The position numbers and the translations under genes were made by a program. The notes beneath the pieces were generated by a model. That model saw only the letters and a list, made by a program, of their open reading frames with translations. It was not told the DNA's origin and did not search any database. From an uncultured virus (IMG/VR IMGVR_UViG_3300005239_000270) (taxonomy: Duplodnaviria; Heunggongvirae; Uroviricota; Caudoviricetes), in IMG/VR virus record IMGVR_UViG_3300005239_000270: a stretch of 64,000 nt of DNA; one strand, 5' to 3'. Shown here piece by piece: positions 21,310-32,460 of the stretch. Every line of letters starts with the position of its first letter. Positions within the stretch are counted from its first letter, which is position 1.

Positions 21310-21330
21310 NNNNNNNNNNNNNNNNNNNNT

Positions 21331-22309
21331 GCAGTTTCTGCAACAGTTTCTGATGCACTGCTGTTCTATCAGTATTTGCGACAGTAGCGTCTGTCCTATA
21401 GGTGTCAGCTCGCTCTACAGCATCAGTCCTCTTATCTTCTGATCTAGCCTGGGTGTTTGTATTTGTAACAGATGTATCAGCTTGATATCTTGTTGCATCT
21501 AATGACCTATCAGCACCATATGTAGAAGCATCTTTAGCTGCTTGTGAGCCAAAAATAGATGCTTCTTTAGATGCGTCTGATCCGTACATTGAAGCTTCTT
21601 TTGTTGCATCCGATCCATACATCGATGCTTCCTTACCCGCAGTCGCACTGAATTTTTGAGCGTCTGCGCTTATTCCTGCAGCATCAACAGTTGCTCCTGC
21701 TCTTGCCTGTGCTGCTCCAAGAGTAGCTCCAGCTTGAGCCTGAGCTGCAGCCCTGCTTGCATCAGCGACGATCTGCTGACCCATGACATTGTATTCCCCT
21801 TGAGTTGCAGCTAATCGTTGTGCATTCTCACCTTGAACTTGAGCTGTCAAACGATCTTGTGATCCTTGTGCTTCTGCCTGAAGACGATTTTCTGCACCTG
21901 TTGCCATTAAGGTACCCAAGTCTCGGTTGTGTTGATTATTAGCAAATTGATTCTGCATCCCAGCCTGAGCAGCCATGGATTGCATTCCATAGTTGAACTC
22001 ATTAGCCATGTTGGTAGCTGTATTCCTCTGCTCTAAATTAGCAGCTGCAAGCATATTTGCTTGAGCAATTTCTGATTGCTGATAACCAAGCCCTTGCGCT
22101 AATTGTGCATCAAATGCTGATTCTATTATTCTTCCTTTAGAAGCTTCTCTTGATGCCTTCTGTGCTTCGCTCTGTTCCCCTTGCGGATTCATGAAACTAT
22201 TCATCATGCCGTTCAGATCGTACATGCCTTGAAAAATAGAGCCCGAATTATTTTTCTTTGAAGATTGATTAGGGTTGCCGTAATTTGATACTGGGCTATA
22301 GCTGTCCAT
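21331..22309 (-). CDS. 11-residue-repeat coiled-coil virion protein, allele A (N-terminal part)
   Basis: Likely start MDSYSP at 22309 (TAGAAT 27 nt upstream); Q/A/N/M-rich with the same repeats. Confidence 0.65.
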
Positions 22310-22388
22310 TATCTTCTCAAGTCGAATATACATATATTCTATCTATATAGATACCATAGAATATATACAGGCGTATTTGAGATTAATA

Positions 22389-23391
22389 ATGAGGTTTGCT
22401 TCTCTTGGTGGTAGTAACGCTGGAAAATATGCGGCTGCAGGCAGAGCTGCATCAAATAGCTTTTCGAAAGTCTTTGCTGCTCAATTGAAATCTAGACCGG
22501 ATCATGCTGGTCTTGCTATCAAAGCAATGAATACCGCTTCTGAAGAAAAGATTGCTGGCATGAAGGCCGAGGCTAGACTGACAAACGTTGCTCAAAAAGT
22601 ACACGCAGATCAGAAACGTGTTGACATTGATATTGATTTATTTAATAAGAAATCTGATATCAATGCTGGTCAACGTAAAGCAGGTGGGATCGCTGCAATT
22701 GGCAAGATTGCAGGGGCTGGGTTCCTTGCAGCTACCGACAATACCAAAGGTAGAGAAAGACCTAAGGCAGATCTACTCGTCCATTTATGATGGTTACAAA
22801 AATAAACGTGATGCTTTGTTGTCTGACTACGATAACAGTCTCGACAGCAAAACAGATACCACTACAAGTACAACTAAAAAAGTAGACGGGGGAACTACTG
22901 AAAGTACTACTAAGCCTTTAGGTGGTTCCCTTACAGGTAATCAAAAGTTAGTAGCTGATGCTATTGCTAAATATGAATCAGGTGACTGGGGGTATGAAGC
23001 CTTTAATCAAGGAGGAGCTAAGGGTGGGATGAAAGTACTTGGCAAGAGCGGTTCTTACAAGCAAACCTATGGTTCATCTTTGACAAACCTGACACTGGGT
23101 GAAATTTACCACAAACAGAACACTAAAGATCGTGGTTTAAGTATGCAGGAGCATCTTGATTCTGGTGGTCTCCATGCTGTTGGTAGGTATCAGTTTATTG
23201 GCTCTACTTTGCAAGACGAAGCTAGGCGTATGGGACTATCCGATGACACCAAGTTTACTCCTGAAGTACAAGACAATATATTCTTAAGTCACATCAAACG
23301 TGTTGGTAATATTAGTCCCTGGGTTGGACCATCTAATAACTACAGCTCCGGCCAAAAGCAAGAGTTTAACTCAATGATTTCAAACTTCTAA
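22389..23391 (+). CDS. Virion-associated lysozyme/lytic transglycosylase fusion, frameshift near 22775
   Basis: N-terminus MRFAS...RPDHAGLA; C-terminus AIAKYESG, YEAFNQGG, HAVGRYQFIGSTL, FTPEVQD lysozyme-fold motifs. Two overlapping ORFs join with one indel. Confidence 0.7.
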
Positions 23392-24104
23392 TCAGAGAGC
23401 AAATGCTCCGCCAAGTGAACCAAGGCCTGACATCAGCTGTGCAATAGCAGCACTACGCTTATCCATACGCCGTGTCTCACGGTCGTAGTCCATACGCTTA
23501 TCCTGCAAGTCAGCATTCATCTGAGCAATGGCCATATCCTTATCGTTAGTAAGGATTCCTAAGTCACGAGTTAATTTATTCTCAGCACGTTGTGCAGCTC
23601 TATCATCAGAACGAATATTTGCTCTTTCTGTTCTTCCAGCTTCTTCTCTGTCTGCGATTACGCCTTCTTGCCTGAGTGTTTCTGTTAAATTCTCTGCTTT
23701 GGTAGTTTTTTTATTTGAATCTCTTAAATTACCTTGCAGTGCTCTAATGGTTCCGACTGACATCCCTGGTTTCAGCAGGCTTGTGTCTGAATTCTCCATT
23801 AATGAATATTGATTAGCTATTGTAGCTGTAGCTTTCTCTCCTGAAAGTCTTGTCTCGTAGTCTTCATACGTCTCATCTTCTCTGATTTTATCGCCAAGCC
23901 CTAAGTCAAACCCTCCAGCAAGAGTAGTAATGTCACCCCTTGTTCTTGATTGAGTTGCATTGATTTTTTTCTCTAGCAGCTCTCTTGCTTTTTTCTGAGT
24001 ATCTTCTCTACTTACACCTGTTACTGCGCTACGGAAGCGGTCACCAAAATCCCAGTTATCCAGCTCGCTGCGGGTATCATTTAAATTATTAATCTCACCT
24101 TCTG
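23392..24104 (-). CDS. Coiled-coil internal virion protein, partial
   Basis: Charged helical protein with C-terminal GLGSLGGAF. Confidence 0.5.
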
Positions 24105-24124
24105 NNNNNNNNNNNNNNNNNNNN

Positions 24125-24607
24125 TAGAAGATCACTTGCATCAAATGCGTGACGAGCATTCTGTGCCTTTAACGTTGCATTAAATTGATTATTAGAATTT
24201 TCGTTCTGTGCACCTATAATTTCAAGTGCATTTGTTTGTGCAGTTGCTACGTCTTCTCGTTTGATTCCTAATGCTTTTGCATCAGCTTGCTTCTTCTTTG
24301 CATCCTCTTGTTTTACAATCTTCGATAGATACGAACCTGTAGTATCTCCAAAATCAGCACCACCAGAACCATCTGCTCCTGTCAAACCCGCATTAATTGC
24401 TCTATTACGTAGCTCTGAACTGTTCAGTGTTTCTTGTTGCTTTTTCTTGATATAGTTTCTTACATGATCTTCAGTAGCACCAAAGCCTGACTCTAGTAAT
24501 CCAATGTCAATATTATCTAATGCTTTGGAGCCATACTTACGAATTGCTTCATCACCTGCATCCTGGATTGCTCCACCTTTCCAGTTACCTAAAAGATCTA
24601 AATTCAC
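24125..24607 (-). CDS. Coiled-coil late protein, truncated by gap
   Basis: ORF with TAAAAT 29 nt upstream. Confidence 0.5.
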
Positions 24608-24638
24608 AACAGTACTCTCTACTTATTCTTTTTCTATT

Positions 24639-25311
24639 TTACACAGTTGCTAAAGCTTGTTTTGCTTCAAGCATTCCGATGCGTGCTTCGAGCTCTTGGT
24701 TAGCACGAACGAGTAGTCCGATTACATCACCAGTGTCGATGCACATCTTACCGATGCTCTCATCAAAGTAGGTTGCATCAGGTAGAACCTTCTGGAATTC
24801 TTGTGCAATGAAGCCGTGATGCATACGCTCTGGGCTTGAGCTGTACTCTTCCTTGTAGTAGAACGTGACAGGACGTAAGATTACGTAGCTTCTCTAGTGC
24901 ACTATCAATACGCTTTACGTCATGCTTAGTTGTTTCGTCACTGAGGCCGATTAGAGCTCCACCAATAGAACCAATGGCTCCGAGAAATGAGCCAGTCTTA
25001 GAAGCTGATGCTTGTTTATCTGCTGCTGCTTTTGCAGCTTCAGCTTGCAGTTTGGCGCCTTTGACTTGACCGTAAGCTTGCATGCCAGTAGCTAACACAG
25101 CTGCTTCTGCTTCCATAGCTGCCTGTCTTTCAGCAGATGCATTATCCATTTCTGCACCGTAGATCCTATCAACTGGAGTACGAGTAGCAGCTAAAGCCCC
25201 AAAAGTATCTCCTATATCAACCATTCCAGCTGCTGCACCATAATTACCACCACTAGCACCGGACGCTAACGAAATAGGCGTTAAATCTATACCACTACCT
25301 GCAAATCGCAT
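24639..25311 (-). CDS. Small Ala/Gly-rich protein with C-terminal peptidase S74 intramolecular chaperone, frameshift near 24877
   Basis: LSDETTKHDVKRIDSALEKLRNL / RPVTFYYKEE / HHGFIAQEFQKVLPDA...LVRANQELEARI is the S74 signature split over two frames. Confidence 0.75.
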
Positions 25312-25343
25312 GGTGTTTATTCTCTTAGTCTTTATTTAGTTTA

Positions 25344-25856
25344 TCAAAACAACGATTTGTACTTATCGGAAAAAGAAAATCCAGGGTTAAATAGTCCAGA
25401 CGTGCTTCCTCCAAACGATCCAATATCGTTGGTTAGTATAGATTGATAACCTCCGTCTCCAAATGTATCTAGTGAACCGCCTGGAGTGAAAGGTCCATCT
25501 GATCTACTATTCATTTTCCCTATTCTATTTACAATTCCTGTACCAAGGCCACTTGCCATATTGCCTATACCTGCTGACATTGATGCCGCTGCATTTGCGT
25601 CTCCTCGTGCCTTTGTAGCTTCTGCATTATATTTACCCATTTGAGCATTTACAACACTATTGATACTTGAGTTTTGAAGGTTAGCCATTGCATTCATAGC
25701 TGTTATTCTGTCTTTTGCATTACTCCGAAGTGATAGATTAGCTAGGCCAGCATGGTCAGGTCTTGTTTTTGATAATATATCCTGAAGCCCACTATTAGCA
25801 CCCTTAGCAGCTGTTACGTAGTTACTTCCATCTAATGCCATTCCTGCAAATCTCAT
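25344..25856 (-). CDS. Ala/Gly-rich protein (MRFAG...RPDHAGLA family)
   Basis: Paralogous to the N-termini of the 22389 and 25311 ORFs. Confidence 0.55.
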   Translation of the reverse strand: MRFAGMALDGSNYVTAAKGANSGLQDILSKTRPDHAGLANLSLRSNAKDRITAMNAMANLQNSSINSVVNAQMGKYNAEATKARGDANAAASMSAGIGNMASGLGTGIVNRIGKMNSRSDGPFTPGGSLDTFGDGGYQSILTNDIGSFGGSTSGLFNPGFSFSDKYKSLF

Positions 25857-25886
25857 ATCTTCAGCCCTTGTTACTTATATAGTTTA

Positions 25887-27074
25887 TCAAAGTGTGTCAT
25901 AGTAAGCTTGATTACTAGCTTCATTGCGACGACGACGTTCGTTCTCTAATACGTTACCTATAGCCATGCCTCCAAGTGCCCCTGCAGTACCACCAATAAG
26001 ACCACGCTTTACTGCATCAGGATCTACTTGACCTGCTAATTCACCTCCAGGCCTGTACTTTCTCCCTCGTCGGACTCCTGCCATTGTTCCTGCAACAGAT
26101 GATAGAAACGGAATAATTGCAGTGTTGACAGGTAGAGATCTCCCAAGAAATTGAATTTCTGATCCGTGAATACCATCTGTCGTTGCACGTAGTACACCAC
26201 CAGGCAAACTGATATTTCCATCATCAAATGGATTTACATCGATTGCCTTGTCATACTTAAACGCTTTATACGCATTGTATTCTCCTTTGCTTACATCGGG
26301 TCTAACCTTCTTGAACTCATCCCAGTCAAGCAAATTGCCGGTTCTACCGAGTATATATTTAGACGCAACTTCTAGTACTGCGTTATCAGTCTGAGAAGGG
26401 TCTGCTGCATTAGGTACAACTGCTTCGTACCCTTCATATCCGCCAAATGGCGTCATGAGTCCCATACCTTGGTTAATTGCAAAACCTACAGGTGCGCCGA
26501 GTGCAGCAACCATTCCACTTCTGTAGTTACGCTGTTTAGCACGTCCATTTGCTCCATACACTCCTTCTTTTGGTACTTCCCTACCAGACTCTGTTGTACG
26601 TGTTAATCCTGCTTTTTTTAAATCTGAAATATTGAATGGTGTATTTAAATCTGTTGATCCGTACAGAGACGGATTAGATCTCTTCAGGCCGTAATCATTA
26701 AGCACGTTACCTGCAGCTTGAGCAGCATTTAATAGCCACCATATACTTCTACTTTTATCTTGAATCAAGTCTGCACCTAAAGCACCACCTAATTGACCAA
26801 CACGTCCCCCTGGTGTTTGCTTCATTTCCATGCCAAGGGCTGCCCGAGCTTCTACTGCATCCTTATCTGCAATTCCTAGATTCTCACGGATTCGATATAC
26901 AAGAGGATGCTCACCCATCGTCTTATCCATTCTTGGCGCATCATCATCTAACCCTTGTTCGTCTCTGACCTTATAAAACATCTTTGCTTGATCATCAGCA
27001 CCATAACCAATCTCTTCGTTAAATGCATCTCGTGCATAACGTGCTTGTTGTATCAGATCCTGGAGATTCATCAA
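25887..27074 (-). CDS. Putative internal virion/membrane-interacting protein, allele 1
   Basis: 395 aa with glycine-zipper hydrophobic segments; near-identical to 28483-29583. Confidence 0.6.
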   Translation of the reverse strand: MMNLQDLIQQARYARDAFNEEIGYGADDQAKMFYKVRDEQGLDDDAPRMDKTMGEHPLVYRIRENLGIADKDAVEARAALGMEMKQTPGGRVGQLGGALGADLIQDKSRSIWWLLNAAQAAGNVLNDYGLKRSNPSLYGSTDLNTPFNISDLKKAGLTRTTESGREVPKEGVYGANGRAKQRNYRSGMVAALGAPVGFAINQGMGLMTPFGGYEGYEAVVPNAADPSQTDNAVLEVASKYILGRTGNLLDWDEFKKVRPDVSKGEYNAYKAFKYDKAIDVNPFDDGNISLPGGVLRATTDGIHGSEIQFLGRSLPVNTAIIPFLSSVAGTMAGVRRGRKYRPGGELAGQVDPDAVKRGLIGGTAGALGGMAIGNVLENERRRRNEASNQAYYDTL

Positions 27075-27706
27075 ACTAATCCGTTTCCATACATATATTG
27101 ATCTCTTACTCCCGGAACTAACCCAGCACCTGCAAGTGTCTGTTGTCTAATTTGTTCAGCAAATGCAGCCTGTTGTTCTGCACTCATACGTTCATATGCA
27201 GTTTGACCAGCACCACCCATCAAACTATCTTTACCTCTTTGAAGACTGTCACCAACCATCATGCCTGCATAATCACCACCGATAGATCCAGCCGTATCAG
27301 CTAAGAATCCGGCAGTGTTTCCAAAGCGCTGACCTGCTCGGCCTAATGCAATACCACCAAGGCCACCACCAATAGCTGATGCACCACCTGCAATTAACTT
27401 GTCCCCAAGGTCGCCAGGTGTTGTAGCTGCTGCTAGTCCACCAAACATTAGGTCAGGTGCTAGGCGTGCAGCAATTTGGCCCTTGCTCATCTCACCAAAG
27501 ACTGCTCTACCTAAACCAGATTTAAACGCACCACTCATAGCCATCCTTGGACCGTGCACTGCTGCAACTTGTCCTACTGAATTTAATCCAGCACCAATTG
27601 CTCCCTTTGCCATTGCTGCTTTAGCTGCTGCACCAATCCCAAGCTTTGCCATTAATGATTTAAGTGCTAATCCACCTGCGGCTAGAGACCCTGTAATAAT
27701 AGCCAT
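27071..27706 (-). CDS. Gly/Ala-rich glycine-zipper protein
   Basis: 211 aa with multiple GxxxG segments. Confidence 0.55.
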   Translation of the reverse strand: MAIITGSLAAGGLALKSLMAKLGIGAAAKAAMAKGAIGAGLNSVGQVAAVHGPRMAMSGAFKSGLGRAVFGEMSKGQIAARLAPDLMFGGLAAATTPGDLGDKLIAGGASAIGGGLGGIALGRAGQRFGNTAGFLADTAGSIGGDYAGMMVGDSLQRGKDSLMGGAGQTAYERMSAEQQAAFAEQIRQQTLAGAGLVPGVRDQYMYGNGLV

Positions 27707-28005
27707 TATGCTTGCTCCTGCTGAGGCTGGGGATTCGCCATATTCATTCTAGCTTGATTAAACTGCATACCTTCATTGGACATTCCAAATTGCGCCATCC
27801 AATTAGCAGTTCGTTGTCGTTCAACTGGATCATTCATTAGTTGAATAGCTCGGGCACCGACTGGACCTGCCATTCGTTTACCATAACCAGCAGCAGTGGG
27901 TCGTTCGATTGCTCCAGATGCGGTTGCAAAACTACTAGGCTTTTCCCTCTTTTCTTTTTTTACTTGCTGACCTTGTTGCATGTCTTGTGGCGTTAAGTTA
28001 ATCAT
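27706..28005 (-). CDS. Hypothetical protein (RMAG motif)
   Basis: 99 aa, start/stop coupled with neighbours. Confidence 0.5.
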   Translation of the reverse strand: MINLTPQDMQQGQQVKKEKREKPSSFATASGAIERPTAAGYGKRMAGPVGARAIQLMNDPVERQRTANWMAQFGMSNEGMQFNQARMNMANPQPQQEQA

Positions 28006-28302
28006 TAGTAAAGTCCCTCTTGACGACGTTCTGATTCTCCACCGATTAAGGCGTCTAATCCTGTAAGCCCGGCTACTGCACCACCTGCGATTGCAGCATT
28101 TCTACCGAAGCCTCGTACTCTTCCTAGGTTACGAACTGCTTGTCGATAATCAGCTTCTTGTCGTATCCTCCTCGGACTCACGCTTGGTCCATCAGGTTTA
28201 ATACCTGGATCACTGAAGTTAGCTGCAGGACGTGGACCTTCGATAAAGTCTCCTGAACTTAGTTCTGCTAGTTGATTTCTTAGTTCATTTGTAATTGGAC
28301 GA
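28005..28302 (-). CDS. Hypothetical protein, C-terminal part
   Basis: Open frame from the gap to stop 28005; hydrophobic C-terminal segment. Confidence 0.45.
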
Positions 28303-28352
28303 NNNNNNNNNNNNNNNNNNNNNNNNNNNNNNNNNNNNNNNNNNNNNNNNNN

Positions 28353-28452
28353 TGTCACCACTCAAAGCCACCATATCAGTATAATCGGGTCTTCCTGCAT
28401 TTATTACATCAAATGCATCACTACCTATGTTAAAGCCTGCAGGTCTAAACAT
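28353..28452 (-). CDS. N-terminus of an allele of the 25344-25856 gene
   Basis: MFRPAGFNIGSDAFDVINAGRPDYTDMV...; same position after the 395-aa gene and same TAAACT box 25 nt upstream. Confidence 0.5.
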
Positions 28453-28482
28453 TTTATTATTCCTATTAGTACTTATAGTTTA

Positions 28483-29583
28483 TCAAAGTGTGTCATAGTA
28501 AGCTTGATTACTAGCTTCATTACGCTTACGACGTTCGCCTTCAATTAAATTACCAATTGTCATACCTCCAAGAGCACCAGCAGTGCCGCCAATAAGTCCA
28601 CGTCTTACTGAATTAGGATCTACTTGTCCTGCTAATTCTCCACCAGGTCTATACCTTCTACCTTTACGTACTCCAGCCATCGTTCCAAGAATTGCAGCTG
28701 CTGTAGGCATGATTGCAGTACTCACAGGTAGTGATCTACCAAGGAACTGAACTTCTGGACCATGGATACCATCAGTCGTTGCACGCAGTACTCCACCAGG
28801 AAGGCTGATGTTTCCATCATCAAATGGATTAAGATCAATAGCCTTGTCATACTTAAATGCTTTATATGCGTTGTACTCACCCTTGCTTACATCAGGTCTG
28901 ACTTTCTTGAATTCCTCCCAATCAAGTAGATTACCGGTGCGTCCTAGAATATACTTAGATGCAACTTCTAGTAATGGATTTGCAGTCTTGGATGGGTCCT
29001 GTGCATCAGGCACAACGGCTTCATAACCTTCATAGCCACCAAATGGTGTCATCAGACCCATACCTGAGTTGATGGCAAAACCTACAGGTGCACCAAGAGC
29101 AGCAACCATTCCACTTCTGTAGTTACGCTTTTTTGCTCTTCCATTAGCACCATACACACCTTCTATGGGAACTTCTCTTCCTGACTCTGTGGTTCGTGTT
29201 AGTCCTGCTGCTTTTAAATCTGAAAGATTAAAAGGAGTATTTAAATCAATTGCACCGTAGAGATCTGGGTTTGATGATTTAAGTCCATAGTCATTCACCA
29301 CATTACCAACAGCTTGTGCAGCATTCAATAACCACCAGATACTTCTAGTTTTATCTTGAAGTACATCAGCTGCAATTGCACCGCCTAATTGTCCTGCACG
29401 CCCTATAGGAGTTTGCTTCATCTCCATGCCTAGCCGAGCCCTAGCTTCTACAGCATTAGGATCTGCCATGTTGAGGTTCTCACGTACACGGTAGACAACG
29501 GGATGTTCACCCATTGTTTTATCCATGCGTGGAGCATCATCATCCTTTTCCTGAAGCTCACGAGTTTTATAGAACATCTTTGC
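28483..29583 (-). CDS. Putative internal virion protein, allele 2 (5' end in gap)
   Basis: Highly similar to 25887-27074, with identical C-terminus. Confidence 0.6.
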   Translation of the reverse strand, partial: AKMFYKTRELQEKDDDAPRMDKTMGEHPVVYRVRENLNMADPNAVEARARLGMEMKQTPIGRAGQLGGAIAADVLQDKTRSIWWLLNAAQAVGNVVNDYGLKSSNPDLYGAIDLNTPFNLSDLKAAGLTRTTESGREVPIEGVYGANGRAKKRNYRSGMVAALGAPVGFAINSGMGLMTPFGGYEGYEAVVPDAQDPSKTANPLLEVASKYILGRTGNLLDWEEFKKVRPDVSKGEYNAYKAFKYDKAIDLNPFDDGNISLPGGVLRATTDGIHGPEVQFLGRSLPVSTAIMPTAAAILGTMAGVRKGRRYRPGGELAGQVDPNSVRRGLIGGTAGALGGMTIGNLIEGERRKRNEASNQAYYDTL

Positions 29584-30556
29584 NNNNNNNNNNNNNNNNN
29601 NNNNNNNNNNNNNNNNNNNNNNNNNNNNNNNNNNNNNNNNNNNNNNNNNNNNNNNNNNNNNNNNNNNNNNNNNNNNNNNNNNNNNNNNNNNNNNNNNNNN
29701 NNNNNNNNNNNNNNNNNNNNNNNNNNNNNNNNNNNNNNNNNNNNNNNNNNNNNNNNNNNNNNNNNNNNNNNNNNNNNNNNNNNNNNNNNNNNNNNNNNNN
29801 NNNNNNNNNNNNNNNNNNNNNNNNNNNNNNNNNNNNNNNNNNNNNNNNNNNNNNNNNNNNNNNNNNNNNNNNNNNNNNNNNNNNNNNNNNNNNNNNNNNN
29901 NNNNNNNNNNNNNNNNNNNNNNNNNNNNNNNNNNNNNNNNNNNNNNNNNNNNNNNNNNNNNNNNNNNNNNNNNNNNNNNNNNNNNNNNNNNNNNNNNNNN
30001 NNNNNNNNNNNNNNNNNNNNNNNNNNNNNNNNNNNNNNNNNNNNNNNNNNNNNNNNNNNNNNNNNNNNNNNNNNNNNNNNNNNNNNNNNNNNNNNNNNNN
30101 NNNNNNNNNNNNNNNNNNNNNNNNNNNNNNNNNNNNNNNNNNNNNNNNNNNNNNNNNNNNNNNNNNNNNNNNNNNNNNNNNNNNNNNNNNNNNNNNNNNN
30201 NNNNNNNNNNNNNNNNNNNNNNNNNNNNNNNNNNNNNNNNNNNNNNNNNNNNNNNNNNNNNNNNNNNNNNNNNNNNNNNNNNNNNNNNNNNNNNNNNNNN
30301 NNNNNNNNNNNNNNNNNNNNNNNNNNNNNNNNNNNNNNNNNNNNNNNNNNNNNNNNNNNNNNNNNNNNNNNNNNNNNNNNNNNNNNNNNNNNNNNNNNNN
30401 NNNNNNNNNNNNNNNNNNNNNNNNNNNNNNNNNNNNNNNNNNNNGTTGTCCGTCTAGATTTAGTGAGGCTAAGAACTGAGCGCCATTAGTAATATCTGAA
30501 TTTGCCACAATCGCTTTATCAAACCTTCCACTATTGTAGAAAGTTTGAGATACTTA

Positions 30557-31738
30557 CTAATAACTAAAGATTGAGGAATAATCAACTTCAGATTTCTTAC
30601 TCATCGGCTTATATCCACCTTTATTTCCAAACGCTGGTACATCTACTCCGTTATTAATATTAAACGCCGTAGTATCTGGAATACTGCCCTCAATAGGGGT
30701 ACTGATTGTTTCAGTACGCCCGAATGACTGCTTGATTCCAGGCTTTTCAATTGTTGGTGGCGCTTGGGACTCTGCTGGTGTTGCGTTGCCTTTGTTTTTG
30801 GCGATATGTTCAGCTAATAATGCATTTGCTGTAGTTTTACCAGTATTCATGTCCCGAGCTTGATAATCTTCTATGGCAATAGCTTGATCATCGCCAGATT
30901 CGCCACTGATGTAGTACTTGCCACCCGCAAATACTTTTCCAAGAACTGCATCACGCGCTTTTAATCCATTCATAGGGCCATCAGCGTTTAAAAATGCAGC
31001 GCGAGCCATTTGTTGACGGCGTTCAGGGGTCATTTCCCTACCTGCTTCTTGCTCTCTTACTCCATTCAACGCATCAGACAATCTGCCGCTAGTAATTCCA
31101 GTAGCTTGTTGTGCAATTCGCTCGGAACCGCCCTCAATAAAGGGAGCACTGAAGCTTAATGGCGCTTGATCTTGCAAGTTTGTAGAATTTATAGCGTTTC
31201 TACCCCCTTCAGAGTCAAATTTAACGCCGTTATAGCCCCCAATATCTGGAATTTCGTCACCAAAGCCTTGTGTTTGCTTATATGTTGCTGTGTATGGGTT
31301 ACCCATTGTTGTTGGCAATTGTGATCCGCCGAATGGTTGCTGACTTACACCATTAAGCAGGTCGTTAAAAGACCTACTCATGTTGATTCCAGTTTGCACA
31401 ATTCTATTTTTATTTGTCCTTGTGCTCTCTGGAATTGGTCCAGTAATTTCTGGGTCTGGTTTTGGATCAAGCTCTGGATCTGGCTTAGGTTTTTTGGAGG
31501 GTTCGATTACAACTTCATTGATTGGATATGAAGGGTCAGCATCGTACTCATCTTTAAATGTATTAGGGAAGGCACGGACTTTATCTCCACGGAACATATT
31601 CTGAATCGCTACACCAGTTGCTCCTAATGTCTGGCTACCAAAGCCGGGGCGAAGTCTTGAATAGTTCCCATCTGAATCTCTCCAGCGCTTATCTTTTATA
31701 CCAGGTACTGTAAGCCAGCCTTCAGAGTATTGTCCCAT
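30557..31738 (-). CDS. Hypothetical low-complexity late protein
   Basis: 393 aa; TAGAAT 27 nt upstream. Confidence 0.55.
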   Translation of the reverse strand: MGQYSEGWLTVPGIKDKRWRDSDGNYSRLRPGFGSQTLGATGVAIQNMFRGDKVRAFPNTFKDEYDADPSYPINEVVIEPSKKPKPDPELDPKPDPEITGPIPESTRTNKNRIVQTGINMSRSFNDLLNGVSQQPFGGSQLPTTMGNPYTATYKQTQGFGDEIPDIGGYNGVKFDSEGGRNAINSTNLQDQAPLSFSAPFIEGGSERIAQQATGITSGRLSDALNGVREQEAGREMTPERRQQMARAAFLNADGPMNGLKARDAVLGKVFAGGKYYISGESGDDQAIAIEDYQARDMNTGKTTANALLAEHIAKNKGNATPAESQAPPTIEKPGIKQSFGRTETISTPIEGSIPDTTAFNINNGVDVPAFGNKGGYKPMSKKSEVDYSSIFSY

Positions 31739-31771
31739 CGTTTTAAATATTTAGTACTTCCCTTATTCTAC

Positions 31772-31895
31772 AAAGCTACAATACTACGCTAACTACGCTC
31801 CTATCTAACCCTTTCTAAAAAAATGATAGTAGAGGAGAGCGACCGTGCATTAATAAACAGGTATATAGGAAACTACCGTAGTTGCCGTAGTTTTA
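31772..31895. repeat. CTACG/CGTAG inverted element, copy 1
   Basis: CTACGCTAACTACGCT ... AGAG..GTGCATTA ... TATA ... CGTAGTTGCCGTAGTTTT; related to 43081-43208. Confidence 0.7.
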
Positions 31896-32099
31896 CCTTT
31901 GACTCATAAACCTGCGAATACAAGCAGGAAGAGATTATCCAACTTCTAAAGTAACACAGCCTCCAATTGTAGTGATCATTAAGACAATCTGTACACTACA
32001 TTATTACGCACTGCTTATCGACAAAAGTTGCCAAAAAACGCCCTATAGAGGGCTAAAAATGCTACAAAATTTTAGAGGTGTTTAATACCCTCTGTACCT

Positions 32100-32460
32100 C
32101 GATTGGCGGTCAAACAAAAAAAATAACTAGTAGTTAACAGTTGCTATTGACTTGAGTTAACAGTAGTTAACATCAGTCAGCAACATGAGTTAACACTTGA
32201 GTTACATTTGTTTCACATTTGTTTGTCGCTTGTAATCGAGCTGAAGTGTATTTAACAATCGTTGTTCGCTTTCGTTTCACTCAAGCTCACGTTTGTTTTC
32301 TGTTCACACGAATTCACACAAGTTACTTTAGTTGATACGAATGCGTATCGTCTGTGACGTGTGTTCATAATTCGTGTTCACTTATGTTGACACAAGTTAC
32401 TTCCTTTATCTATCTGTCGTTTAACTCATCTGAGTTGACAGTTGATATACATATGTAACC
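32100..32460. repeat. Non-coding cluster of short AGTTAAC/AGTTAC repeats
   Basis: GTTAAC at 32133, 32156, 32166, 32189; CACAAGTTACTT twice; no ORF. Confidence 0.55.

Noticed and set aside
25887..29583. Genuine gene duplications (395-aa gene, psbA, 246-aa gene x3, primase)
   Set aside because: Copies are always separated by N-gaps and repeat the same downstream neighbours, so they are best explained as alleles from co-assembled genomes.
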